From assembly GCF_022045235.1 (NCBI RefSeq), contig NW_027266277.1, positions 9,610,001-9,674,000 on the forward strand: a DNA stretch of 64,000 bases, read 5' to 3'. This stretch comes from Haliotis cracherodii (lineage: Eukaryota). The translations under genes were made by a program, and so were the position numbers. Shown piece by piece: positions 49,934 through 62,108 of this stretch; position 1 is the stretch's first letter, and each line of letters begins with the position of its first letter. The notes beneath the pieces were generated by a model. The model made no database searches. It had not been told where the DNA came from and saw nothing but the letters and a program-made list of their open reading frames with translations.

Positions 49934-51392
49934 TATTGAACAACAAAAGTTCCCGTGACATTGAATAAGATTTAATGCAAAGTTATCTTTTTATTTACCA
50001 AATCTGAAACAATTTCGGTTTGTCAAAGATTAAAGACTCCTGTAAGTGTTCAAATGGTTTAATCTGCCATACTGACTTTAGAAAATGCGTGATTTCATAA
50101 AAAAACATGAACATGCCAAAATGTCAATTTACAAGTCAATATCGTGTGTGTCCACCTCTGGTTGCGATGCAAGCAACACATCTTCGTCTTATGGAATGGA
50201 CCAGGTGTCCTGAGGGATATCTGTCCATCACGTGGTTGACGTCGAAGGCGCCGATCCATCTTATCCCACATGTGCTCGATTGGTGAGAGATTAGGGGAGC
50301 GAGCCGGCCAGGGGATGACATTCACGTTGTCTTGTTGAAGAGAATCCTGAACAAGTCGAGCAATATGAGGGCGTGGTCATGTTGAAAGGTAATGCCTGGG
50401 CTATGACGACGCAAATACGGTAGAACAATAGGGCCGATGATCTCGTCGCGGTAGCGCTGTCCATTGAGATTTCCCTCTACCACTATCAAACGGGTCCTCT
50501 GTCTTGCTGTAATCCCACCCCATACCATAACGCTGCCGCCCCCGAACCGATCTTCTTCCATGACACAATGATTGACGTAACGTTTACCTCGACGTCGGTA
50601 CACTCGAATCCGTCCATCGCTGTCGCTGAGGTGAAAACGAGACTCGTCAGTGATAGAACTTGTCTCCACTGCATGGCCGTCCAGCGAAGACGCGGTCCGC
50701 ACCACTGTAGACGTGCTTGACGGTGGGTTCCGAAGGGTCAAAATGGGACGTCTGGCGGGTCTTCTGGCGACAATCCCGGCACATCTGAGGCGACGACGTA
50801 CGGTTTGTGAAGATATTCGTAAGGGCCAGGGAGGCTCCTTGCAGTCACTGTTGCTGGCTGGAATCGTTTTCGTAGGTGTGTTGTTCGAATCCAGTTGTCT
50901 TGTCGATTATTGGTTACGCGTGGCCTGCCACTCCGAGGATGGTCTCTGACTGCATTCGCCTGTTGCCAACGTTGCCATAAACACCAAATGGTGTTTCTGT
51001 GGACGTTAAATTGTCTTGCAACATCACGTTGTCTCGATCCTGCTTCAAGCATACCAATTGCTCGCAGACGCTCATTTTCGGACAGGCGTGGCATTTCGTA
51101 ATGTTGAATAATTGCGTAATTGTGTTGTATTTCTGAGTGGTTGTTGTCAGCACGATGGTAAACAATGCATATGGAATCCCGTTAACGCACATGTTTTTAT
51201 ACCCATTCTTGGGTAGTGAAATGCATGGGTCTTGCATAAAAGTCAACTCTTGCATGGAATGCATGTTTTTCTGTAGCAGTTGCGTTTTTGAGACTTGATT
51301 CCATACATGTACTACCATATTGAAAACCAAACTTTACTTGTTTGAAAAATACACTAAAATATTGGTGTCACAGGAACTTTTGTTGTTGAGTA
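49934..51392 (-). mobile_element. Tc1 transposon, same family as 26701-28183, inverted, transposase disrupted
   Basis: Same TIRs with TA flanks; MPRLSENERLRAIGML, TDESRF and SPNLSPIEHMWD in different frames. Confidence 0.95.
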
Positions 51393-51494
51393 TATATTGG
51401 TGCATGGGTCAAATCCTATTACCCCTGTTATATAATTACAAGCAAAGAACTACTGTGTTTTGACATCAACTTAACAAACGTTGTTTTTGTGTAG

Positions 51495-51637
51495 GGTATT
51501 TTCCGTACGGTACAACAGAGGGATGTTCGCTCGGTTGATCCTGCTCACCGTTGACTTCAGTGAAACCGGGCGCTACACATGCGCAGGGCGGGTCGGCGCT
51601 GATGTGGTGCAGAAAAACATCGACATCAACGTGATAG
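51495..51637 (+). CDS. Ig gene B exon 3 (RVFSVRY...RLILLTVDFSETGRYTCAG...NIDINVI)
   Basis: TTTTTGTGTAG acceptor, G/GTAGGA donor; 143 bp, the same length and phases as gene A exon 3; ExGxYxC. Confidence 0.88.
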
Positions 51638-51751
51638 GTAGGAATTAATCATTTAACTCAAGGATGTGGCGATATGACACAGTAGGTGAGGTGGGTGGTG
51701 TTGCGATTTCTTTGACGCCCGGGGATCTTTCTATTTCGGTGGAATTACAAA

Positions 51752-52200
51752 CAAGTGAGATGGGCTTAACGCCGCTTTGAACAGTATTCCAGTTACATCA
51801 CGGCGTGTCAGCTTAAAGTGGGGAGAAAACCCTAAGTGATGCACGTCTCAGACGTTTATCACTTGGTGAAACGCACAAGCACGGGTCTGGTGCTGACAAA
51901 CCTAGAGTAAGTGAGTGATTATGGTTTTACGCCGTTTTTAGCAAATTTCCAACAATATCACGGCGGGGAACACTAGAAATGGGCACCACATTGTACCCAT
52001 GTGGGGAATCGAACCCGGGTCTTCAGCGTGAAGTGCAAGACCATTAACCACTAGGCTACCCCACCGCCCCGACAAACCTAGAAACATAAGCCTGGCGAAC
52101 ATAGATTCGAACCCACAATAAGAGGTTTCTGGTGTGCCCAAGGGACGCAACTCTGCAGGGTGAAATTCGGCGCCTTAGACGACTGGACCATCCAAACCAC
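51752..52200 (-). mobile_element. Full-length SINE family 4 containing a nested SINE family 2 (51907-52070, TSD GACAAACCTAGA)
   Basis: TSD at 51895-51906 and 52071-52082; tRNA-like head at 52100-52200. Confidence 0.85.
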
Positions 52201-52340
52201 CAGTGGGTCTATGAAAGCAAGGTCACTCGATTTAGTCGTATAAAACAATATCGTGGTGTTGCATGGTTAGGAACGCTGTCACTGCCATGTTATGTGTAAT
52301 CATAATTGTATATGTGACCCTATCTGGTATTGGTTTACAG

Positions 52341-53226
52341 AGAGAGATTTCGAAGTTGTTGAATACGTCGACGCGGAAGATGGACCTCGGAGGGGAGATG
52401 TGCGGGTTGATGAACCGTTCTTACCAAAACGTCGGCCCGCCAGAGATGCCGACAATCCACCAAAACAGACTACAGAGGTATCGTACACTTCAGAGTTAAC
52501 GACAACGAACTATTCAGACAGTTCAGAGGATGGATCTGGAACTAGTACTGATCCGCAACTGGCGAGTGAGACAGGAGGGGCAAGTACAACATCCAGAAGT
52601 GACCCATCAACAACGACATACCACTCGCCCGGAAGTACTACCATGTCAGGCAGCAGTACCCTGGTACCCTCTACAAAAGGTCGGCAAAGCACAATTGATG
52701 ACCAATCAACAACGACAGAAACTACTACAACTGAGCATCCAATAAACTCTTCAGAACCACTAGCCAGCACTGAGAAAAACCAACCGACTGCAGCTACAGA
52801 TATTGGAACATCAACAACTGAAACTGGAAAATTTGAAAATGGTTATAAGGGCAGACACAAGAGGGATAAAACAACCTTTGGGAAATATGGAGTTTTAGCA
52901 TTTGCTTTGGCTTTAAGTGTAGCGATTCTTCTTTTGTACACACTCATCCTACTGAATGTCATCATTCCACGATGCTGCAAGAACAAGCAGTCGGTCAGTT
53001 TCAGGGAAGCGCCAGACAGCAAACATAAAGAAAATGGACCTTCTGCAATAGATGCTATTGCCATGAAACCTTTAGCGGTTGTACCCCGTCCAAACAGTCC
53101 AGATGATGGATTTACGACAGTGGACTTGGATGACAAAGATGGTCCCAAACCTAACTCAACTACACCCGGGCAAAAAGAAACAGATGCACCAATATCACCA
53201 ACGTCTGATCCAGGGAGTCCATCCAA
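52341..53226 (+). CDS. Ig gene B exon 4: S/T-rich mucin stalk, TM helix, cytoplasmic tail
   Basis: TTTACAG acceptor in frame with ORF 52292; TM YGVLAFALALSVAILLLYTLILLNVII; AA/GTGAGT donor. Confidence 0.88.
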
Positions 53227-53488
53227 GTGAGTATGACAGTTCTTAACATCCACCAAGACATGAAATATTGATGACGAGAATATTGTTTCTCCAGCTACAT
53301 GACAGTGATCAGTGAACATCCTCATCACAAACGTATAACGTCAAGTCTGAACACACCCAAAGCACACTGAACATAAGACAGAAGTCTTGGCTTCAGATCT
53401 GTGGATGTTGTAAATGTATCCAATCAATTGAACTAGTAATGTATGTTTGTGGCATAAAGATTCACGTGTGATATTTCTTATATTGCAG

Positions 53489-53786
53489 ATATGTAAGTAC
53501 GTTCCTGATTGGAAGGAAGCCTTCAGAAAGCAGTCCCCTGGGAGTGTATCTGCATGAAGGCAAGCCAGTGGACTCGGAGACTGGCAACGAGGGGACCTCT
53601 GATCCCACACCTGAAGTGAAAACAGGAGAAACCACAGTTTCAGATGGAAAGGAGGCCGGAGGCGAGGCTGCCGGAAGGGTAGATGTGGACACCAGTACTG
53701 AGGTTGACACCAGCACTGACACAAGAGACACATCAGCCAGCAGCTCCGACATAGGGGATCTGGGCGTATCAGGTGCAAAGTCCTGA
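53489..53786 (+). CDS. Ig gene B terminal exon (KYVSTFLIGRKP...GAKS); total 514 aa
   Basis: TATTGCAG acceptor, phase 2, joins the frame of ORF 53544..53786. Confidence 0.75.
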
Positions 53787-53858
53787 GCTTCTACGTGGAA
53801 GTAGTTAGTACTTTCAGCTTGCTGCTTTTGACAGCTCATTTAGGGCTATCTAATTCTA

Positions 53859-55335
53859 TACTCACACGCAAAAGAAACGCAAGTCGAGTATGCAGTATAC
53901 ATGTTTTCAACAGTAAAAACAATAAATACTAATAGGGCTAATTTGACAAAAAATTGACTGAAGACAGTTTAATGGATTAAAATGCAGATGACATAATTGT
54001 TTTTTCAAGTTTCGGGTCAATACCCAAAATGTCAGTCAATACCTGGTGTGACCACCATTAGCATTGATCACTGCCACACATCTCCTGTACATTGAGTGGA
54101 TCAGACGATTTGTGAAGGCCCTAGGGATCCTCTTGCACACATCCAGAGCAGCTGTGCGTAGTTCATCGGCAGTTGTAGGGACTGGGCGCACATTGTGCAG
54201 ACGCCTTTAAACCTCATCCCACAAGTGTTCGATGGGGTTCAGATCAGGGCTGAGGGCTGGTCACGGTAAAACACGGATGTTGTGTTGTTGCAGAAAGGCC
54301 ATGGTAGCTCTGGGAACATGGGGACGAGCGTTATCCTGCTGGAAAATGTGTTGGTGATGTTGTGCAAAAAAATGGAACAACGTGGGGTCTGATCACTTGG
54401 TCGATATACCGCTGAGCAGTGACGCCGTGTCCCCGACCCTGACCAACATTCAGAAAGCACATGGGTCCAAGTGTCGCATTAAGTTCAATCCCTGCCCATA
54501 TCATGACGCTAGGTCCAACCCATGGATCCCTTTCCTCATTTCTGTCAGCGAAATGATCACCTCGACGCCGTCAAATTCTGACTCTTCCGTCTGCATGGGA
54601 GACACAAAAGCGACTTTCATCAGGGAAGATGACACGCCTCCACTCACGATGACGCCAATTGTGATAACCCTGTACCCACTAAAGTCGTGCTTGGAGAACA
54701 GGACGACATCTGAGGTTGTTGGAACGGAGACGTCGGATCACAGTGTCCCGGCTAATGTGTCGATTATGTGTTCCTATGGTCTGTCTAGCACTTTCACTTG
54801 CAGTTAGGAACGGGTGTCGCTGGCGTTGACGGGTAATCTGCCGATCTTGTCGAGGTGTGGTGACCCTAGGACGACCGCTCCGAGGAAGGTCATCTGTGGT
54901 CTGTGTAGCATTGTATCGATGCAGGAGACGGTAAATTGTGGTTATGTTAACGTTGAAATGATGGGCAACAGACTCTCCAGCTTCCAAACGTCCGATAGCC
55001 TGGTTTCTCTGAATTTGAGTTAGGCGTGGCATTGTTGTCCAAGGAGTGGTAGGTCCAAGAATCGGCCACAGTTTTATACCCACTACAGTTCGTGACAGTT
55101 CGTGCATTTTCGATTACGCGAGAAATGGGTGCATGATACCCACATATATATTGAAATGGTGCGTTTTGGCGATTCGTTTTTTATGTTGCGTTTTTACTCA
55201 GGGCTTCCAAAATGCAACCAAAAATATTGATAACACCATCAGGCTTCACTACATGCTAAAACTCGTATCAATTTATGGTTCCGTGTTTGTTACCTATTTG
55301 CTTAAAACCACTTGCGTTTCTTTTGCGTGTGAGTA
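53859..55335 (-). mobile_element. Second-family Tc1 transposon, disrupted, 72 bp after the gene B stop
   Basis: TA|TACTCACACGCAAAAGAAACGCAAGT ... ACTTGCGTTTCTTTTGCGTGTGAGTA|TA; MPRLTQIQRNQAIGRL, RSGRPR, FQQDNARP and NPIEHLWD motifs. Confidence 0.95.
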
Positions 55336-55673
55336 TAGATTACAGTGTTCTTTTTACATCCTCGCCTCGCTACAATATTTTTCTGAATTACAGCTTAATA
55401 ATGCAGCAACACCAGGTCAACTAACTTGACAATATTTTAAATTATGTCCAAAATAATTATTACAAGGGTTGGGAACTGGGTCAGAGGGAATCGGCGGAGC
55501 CATCCAAAAATATGACCAGCATAAGGGGAGGGTAATTATTTTTTTTATTACATTAGAGCATCAAAAACCTCTGACCCACCACCCCATGTAATAATTGACC
55601 AACCCCGTGGGAGGCTTACATTTGAAGCAAATATCGTACCATTGTTTAATGAAATGAACCATAACATCATTCA

Positions 55674-55674
<1 letters not shown>

Positions 55675-55705
<31 letters not shown>

Positions 55706-55870
55706 CATAATGTGCATATTTATAATTTAAATTTAAATTTTATTTATTATTCGCCAAATCCACACCCTAAAGCATGCTCAAGCTGCCACATTATTACCAT
55801 GGTCAATGGGTTAGTGTGCACTCGATTTTCATTCTCAGCTCCCTGGGAAGTATTCAACGCAAGCTGCCTC
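55675..55870 (-). mobile_element. SINE 3' fragment with (AAT)n tail (same family as 6285-6435)
   Basis: Sequence similarity within the window. Confidence 0.55.
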
Positions 55871-56203
55871 TAAGGCGCTAGAAGACTAACATCTCTTCGC
55901 ACTGGGTGGTGTAGTTTCATTGAACTTGAAGAATTCATCTTGTACATTGGAAATGTATTGTTCTTGATCTGTATTAATTTAAAACTTTATGCACATGAAT
56001 TCTTCAGGGAGGAGTTCCAAAACGAACGTGTAAACTGCTGAGGCACATGTTCACACATCAGAAGTAGTTCTTGTAGAGCAACTCACCGCAATTTTACAGT
56101 TGTTTTACGTATCATTTTGACAAGAAATTATAGCTACAAGCGTCATGTCATCAAACTATTGAACATGTATTTTGATACAATACATGAATCTAACCTGAGT
56201 GAG

Positions 56204-56573
56204 ATGAGGTGAGGTGAGGGAAAATGGGGTTTAACGTCGCGATCAAGATTATTGCCCCTTTTTAGCACTGTGTGTGTGTGTGAGTGTGTGTCTGTTTGTC
56301 TGCCTGCGCGTGCTTGTACTAGTCCGGACTAATGCCGATTTTACAGTGCTAGCCAACTGAGATACCATGACACAGTTTAACATGAATACCCGTCAGACAA
56401 CGTATACTGACTCCAAGCCGACCAGTCCTTGTTTAAGCCCCATAATGCAGAGGGCCAGACAGGGTATCAAGAACCGTCTTTTAACGTCTTTTGGTATGAC
56501 GCTGCAGGGGATCGAATCCCGGACCTTCCGCTCGCCAGGCAGACGCTCTAGCACTAGACCACGGAGGCGGTCC
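56204..56573 (-). mobile_element. Full-length SINE family 3
   Basis: tRNA-like head GACCGCCTCCGTGGTCTAGTG...GGTTCGATCCC-like, core GTCATACCAAAAGACGTTAAAAG, (CA)n, (CCTCA)n tail. Confidence 0.88.
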
Positions 56574-56837
56574 TGAGAGAATGAGTGAGTGAGTGAGAGT
56601 GAACTAGTGAGACAGAATTGAGTTTCAGACCTGGCCCTTCCACTTGTAGCAAGGTCATAAACAAAGACTACAGCTGCAGGCCTGAACTAGAACTGCATGG
56701 ACAATGAAAACATATTTCAAAGGAATTACTCCAAGAAGAACCTGATGCTCATCTTAATTTTTGAAAAAATTAGATAATGTATAGCCCATCACTTATGATT
56801 GACCATAGGATGAAAATGCATTGTTGAATATTAATGA

Positions 56838-57000
56838 GTATAGTTAGTGGGTGAACTTCTATGGCACTTTTATAAGTATTCCACCATTATCACGGCAGGG
56901 GACACCAGAAATGGGTTTCAAACATTGTACTCATGTGGAGAATCAAACCTAAGTCTTGGGTGTGACAAACCCATAAACCACTAGACTACCCCATCGCCCC
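56838..57000 (-). mobile_element. Diverged SINE family 2
   Basis: Similarity to the 18308 copy. Confidence 0.75.
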
Positions 57001-58692
57001 TTAATAGGTATAGATATAAAGAATGTTGATTGCTTGGTTTGTACATTGTATAGAATTGTAATATATGAATAGAATATGTTTGTTATGATGTTATTTTTGA
57101 GGGAATACATTGTTTTGTACAAGTTTGTTACAAAACAACTTCTAAGACAAGATGTCTCACTATAAGAAGCCACAAACTATAGGTTTCAACATTAAAGCAT
57201 GTTTATCACAGAACTATTCATCGACATCATTTTTCTTGAAGATTTGGATGAAAATCTAATCCTTTACTGTGGCCCTACTGCTTATTCTAGTTCCAATCTG
57301 TTTCCTTTATGTTGTTTTCTTCCAGTCACCATGTGAACATATTGGATCATATTTTTATGAGAAATTATAATAATTTATTTGTGTTTTCTCTGCATGCACA
57401 GGCCAAACTTGATTTTCACTCATGTAAAATGTGTAAATGTTTGTTTCCTGTGCAAAAGAATACATAACTAATGATACCATATGTATCTACTCCTATGTTG
57501 CCAGTTGGCAGACTCTTCACATCAAGTTCGTTTTAAAACAGATAAACATTTACACATGGCCTAGGATTTTACCAGTTACTTTTATATTTTGTTTCAATAA
57601 ATTGATCAAATATCAAATATCTTCCTGTCTTGTTATTTTCTATTTCTTCATTGCTGTAATTCTGAATTCAATTTGGAAAAGTGAAAGGATCTGAAGATAA
57701 AGGAATAGATAGATATATATGTCCTACAACATACAAATGGAATTCTGGGGTTTGAATTCACCCCTGTGGATCCCAAAAATACCTCATTTTTAAAATAATT
57801 ATTTTAAGTCACCTGCCCTGTACTGAAAGGTAGAATTCTTCAACATGGCTGATTGTGCGTCACCAGACACTAATGGCGTTACATGTTGATCCTGCTGTCA
57901 ACCACTTCTTTGCCAATCAAAGCAAGATTGAAAAAATAACAACATTCACTCACTTGCCCCCACCACACACACACACACACTCACAATAGCTTCCACATCA
58001 ATAAAACCTGTGCTGTGTGTATAAGTATAAAAGGCCCCATTTCTAAAAAATAATGATTAATGTAGTTTTCAGATCAGCCTTGCCCCCTGACTGATGCCAT
58101 TGTGTAGGTGGTCTTGTGCTGCCAGTCCTGGCATTTTTAACTCATCAAGTGTAGGAAACCTGAGCACATTAACATAGTATCACCCATGTGTGTGTGTGAG
58201 TGTCAAAATTTAACATTTTCCCATGACCCCCTTCCAATAATACATGACCAGTGCATGAATAATGTTCAAATTCATAACTTTTTTATTTTGAAATACCAGA
58301 CCATTTTTCCAAGTTATATGATGGGAATGTCGATTTTGGACATTGGAATCTTCCAGATAAAGTGAAGACATACACAAAATAAGTGCTGAAATGTTTATTA
58401 ATCAGCAAATGAAGTTGTGACCATCTGAGTCACAGTACTGGAGGGTGGAAGGGTGGAATTATCCCACAGTTGAACATGTCCACCACATATACATGTCCCT
58501 CATGATCCACAAATCCATGTTGTCTCGAGAAGTTTATGGTCAATTAACATGCTGCAACAGGAGACCCATTTCACATTTACCAGACATTGTACTCCACAGC
58601 GATGACAAAAAGAGGTCAACACATCTTAAAAGACAACAAACGGTAAATGACTTTAATGACTTTGATGATATTAAATTAATCATGTGATCCTC

Positions 58693-58872
<180 letters not shown>

Positions 58873-60232
58873 TCAACATCAAACATGCTACAACACAGCA
58901 CTTATAGCCACAACATGTCACAAAAACAGACATGCTTCCACACAGTGGATATCAGTACCTGCACACAAAACTAAATTATTGAACAAGAGTGCAAGATTGT
59001 TTCAAGTAAACATTTCAAGACACATGTTGCATCATATAATCCAACATCCTGAGTTAAATAGTTTTAAAACATGAAAGGTCGATTCAAATGACTTTCAATA
59101 ATAAAGAGTAAACACACACTACTTCAACAGCCACCATTCAATACTGTTTCATCACAACAAACCTTATCCAATATGTTCATGAATACTCTTGTTCTAAGAA
59201 AACTTTCAATTAACAGTGTGATGTTTTGACACAGACATAATAACGATAAAGTGCATAACATGTGCATCAATTTTCATTAATCATATATATGTTCCAGGGT
59301 GAGAAGCGAGTTGAGTAATGACAAACCAAGCTCCGCATCTGTTTTCAGTGCTGGACGAGGATGTAAGTACAGGCTATCAGGTGACAGTGTGTTACACAGG
59401 GAAGTAGTACTGGGCAAACTAGGACTAAATCTGACCCGTATATAATATACTGAGACAGTAGATGCTGCAGCAGGAAGGTGTCCTATCAAGACAAACATGA
59501 CTGACATCATATCATGACAAGGCTCTTGTGACCATGGTTCTTCCTGGTACTGCAGTGGGGACAGCATTGGCTATTATATTTCTCACATTTGGATAGGGGC
59601 AATCAAATATGCCATTTAATATAAATATATACTGTTGACATATTATGAGGAACAGTTTTGTTTGTCTATAAAAAATAATCCTATCAACAGTAAAGAAGCA
59701 TATGTCTTGAATGAAGAAAATATTGCGCCCTGTTTCTCAGCTTATCTCTCACTAGGAACTTTCTTACCACATTTTACTCAAATATAAGATGTCTATGTGA
59801 TATATTGCAAAGAACAACGAAAGAACGAAGTGGTTTATTTCATGATAAAACATTGTTCTATTATGACGTCATTTTTGGAGATTTGAACATGTTCTCGCAA
59901 CTTAATGACGTCGAAAATTGGACAACGTTATTTTTGAGAGGGAAGTGTCTAGTGAGTTGTTCCCCATAGATGTAGCTGGGCAACTTAGTTAAACGCAATG
60001 GTCAAACCATTGAAAAATGTGAAAATATCTGTGAAATACCAAACTTCATAAGTTCATAAAAATGTTCATAAAATGGACTTGTTCGACATTGCTGAGGTTG
60101 GATTGTATTCAGGTAGTCATCATTATATAAATACGAGTAAATATTTATAAAGCTTGTACATTATATTAACATTCTCAACGAGGATGTTCATAATTTTGAT
60201 ATCTCATATAAGTATTAAATGACTCATAGACA

Positions 60233-60331
60233 TTGTTTGTCATTCAATAAAACGCTGCAGGGAGAATAAACCACACAGGGCTGCCCCTCATGCTTTATTC
60301 TGCCTCCAGTGTTTTATTGAATGATAAACAA
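60233..60331. other. Long imperfect palindrome, probable terminus of a non-autonomous element
   Basis: TTGTTTGTCATTCAATAAAACGCTG...AGAATAAA-loop-TTTATTCT...CAGTGTTTTATTGAATGATAAACAA. Confidence 0.6.
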
Positions 60332-60892
60332 CTCCTACTCATCATTTATTTCTTAAATATTTCATCCTAACATTGACAACAAATGTTTGATGTTTAACAA
60401 ATTTGTATGTTTTGTAAAATAGCAATATTCTACAGTGTATGACACTCGTGCTGAGGACAAGTAAAAGTCTCATGATAGTGGTAGTCATCAATATAAACAC
60501 ACAGATAATGATCTTTACTTCTGATGAGTTAACCTGGTAGACAAATTAAATCAATAATTGTTTTAGATAACTCTGGTTGTTTATGTATGGATAGAAGTTT
60601 TAACTTGGAGGTTTCCTGTTATGAAGCCAAAGGGTGGAGTGGTTAGGCCCATCAGATACATGCAGGAAAACAGCACTTGAGATCTTTCTACATCCTTGTA
60701 ACTATGAAGCAAGGGGAAGTGTGTGTGGTAGCAGCATCGCCTTGAGGCAAGGCTATATAATGAGCAGTTACTCATGTTGAGTGCTACACAGCAGACTACT
60801 GTATCACTGTGTTTGAAGAATTCTACACCACTTTATGTTCAATGTATAGCCAGTGGAGTTTATGAAAACCCTAATAGCATGAATACAACAAA

Positions 60893-61222
60893 CATTTACT
60901 GAACATGTTGAAAGGAATTAATCTGTTATTTACTGAACATGCTGAAGGGAATTAGCCAATCTGATCATTTACTGAAAATACTGAAGGGGATTGACTGTTA
61001 TTTACTGAACATGTTGGAAGGGAATAAGTCAATCTGTTATTTATTGAAGGGAATTAATTTATCTGATTATCTACTGAACATGTTGAATGGATTTTGTCAA
61101 TCTGATTATTTAATGAACATATTGAAGGGATTTAGTCAATCTGTTATTTACTGAACATGTTGAAGGGAATTAGTCAATCTGTTATTTACTGAACATGCTG
61201 AACGGAATTAGTCAATCTGTTG
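60893..61222. repeat. Degenerate about 38-bp minisatellite
   Basis: Unit TTTACTGAACATGTTGAAGGGAATTAGTCAATCTGTTA. Confidence 0.85.
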
Positions 61223-61379
61223 ACATATTGTTTTGAAAAAACCCAGAAGATACTTAACATGGCCCTGCCATCAACCCCAAATAATGAAACAGTCCTAAAC
61301 CATTGTAAACACTAGCTGAAATCACAATAAAGTCTACCGAACTCTAGTCTTACATTGAAAGCATAGTGATGATCAAAGC

Positions 61380-61570
61380 TCCTCGAATCCCGGCTCGCCC
61401 CGATAATGTTCTAGGTTTGTCAGCACCATACGTGTGCTCGTGGGTTTCACCAAAGTGGCAAATGTTTAAGACCTGCATCATTTCGGGCTTTCCTCCCACA
61501 TTAAGCTGACACGCCGTGATATAACTGGATTACAGTTAAAAGCGGCGATAAACATAACTCACTCACTCAA
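61380..61570 (+). mobile_element. SINE family 4 3' part
   Basis: Reverse complement of 9686-9870. Confidence 0.8.
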
Positions 61571-62108
61571 AGCTCTTCAATGACTGCATCCTTAATATGT
61601 TATTCCTAAAATACAATCATACACAAATACTCCAGTGCACTTTCTTTATGAAATAAACAATGACTTGCCACACATGAGACCATTGAGAGTAAGGAAATGC
61701 TTCTACTTCATTCCATAACATGACATGTTTTTATGTGTAATAGGACACTTGACAAGCCCTTGTCAAAGTAGGGTGTGTGCCCAATGTTATATTACACTGT
61801 GTTCTCCAATAGCACAGCCTGGTTGCTGCTTTGTGAATATCAACAATGTGACAATCAGTTATAATAAAGAGATAACTGACTTCTTTACACTAATCAACCT
61901 TTGCTTTGGATCACACCTCTGACCAAAGATGATGACTGTTTTGGTAAATAGCAGATGTTGAATAGTATATTTTAATATATCATTAAGGAAATAGGTGTTA
62001 TAGTCGTAACCGATTTGTGTGGCAATAATTTTCTGACTTAATGTACAATACAATCATAAATAACCTTGAGTTATGATGATACATGTTATATAATGAAAAT
62101 TAACACAA

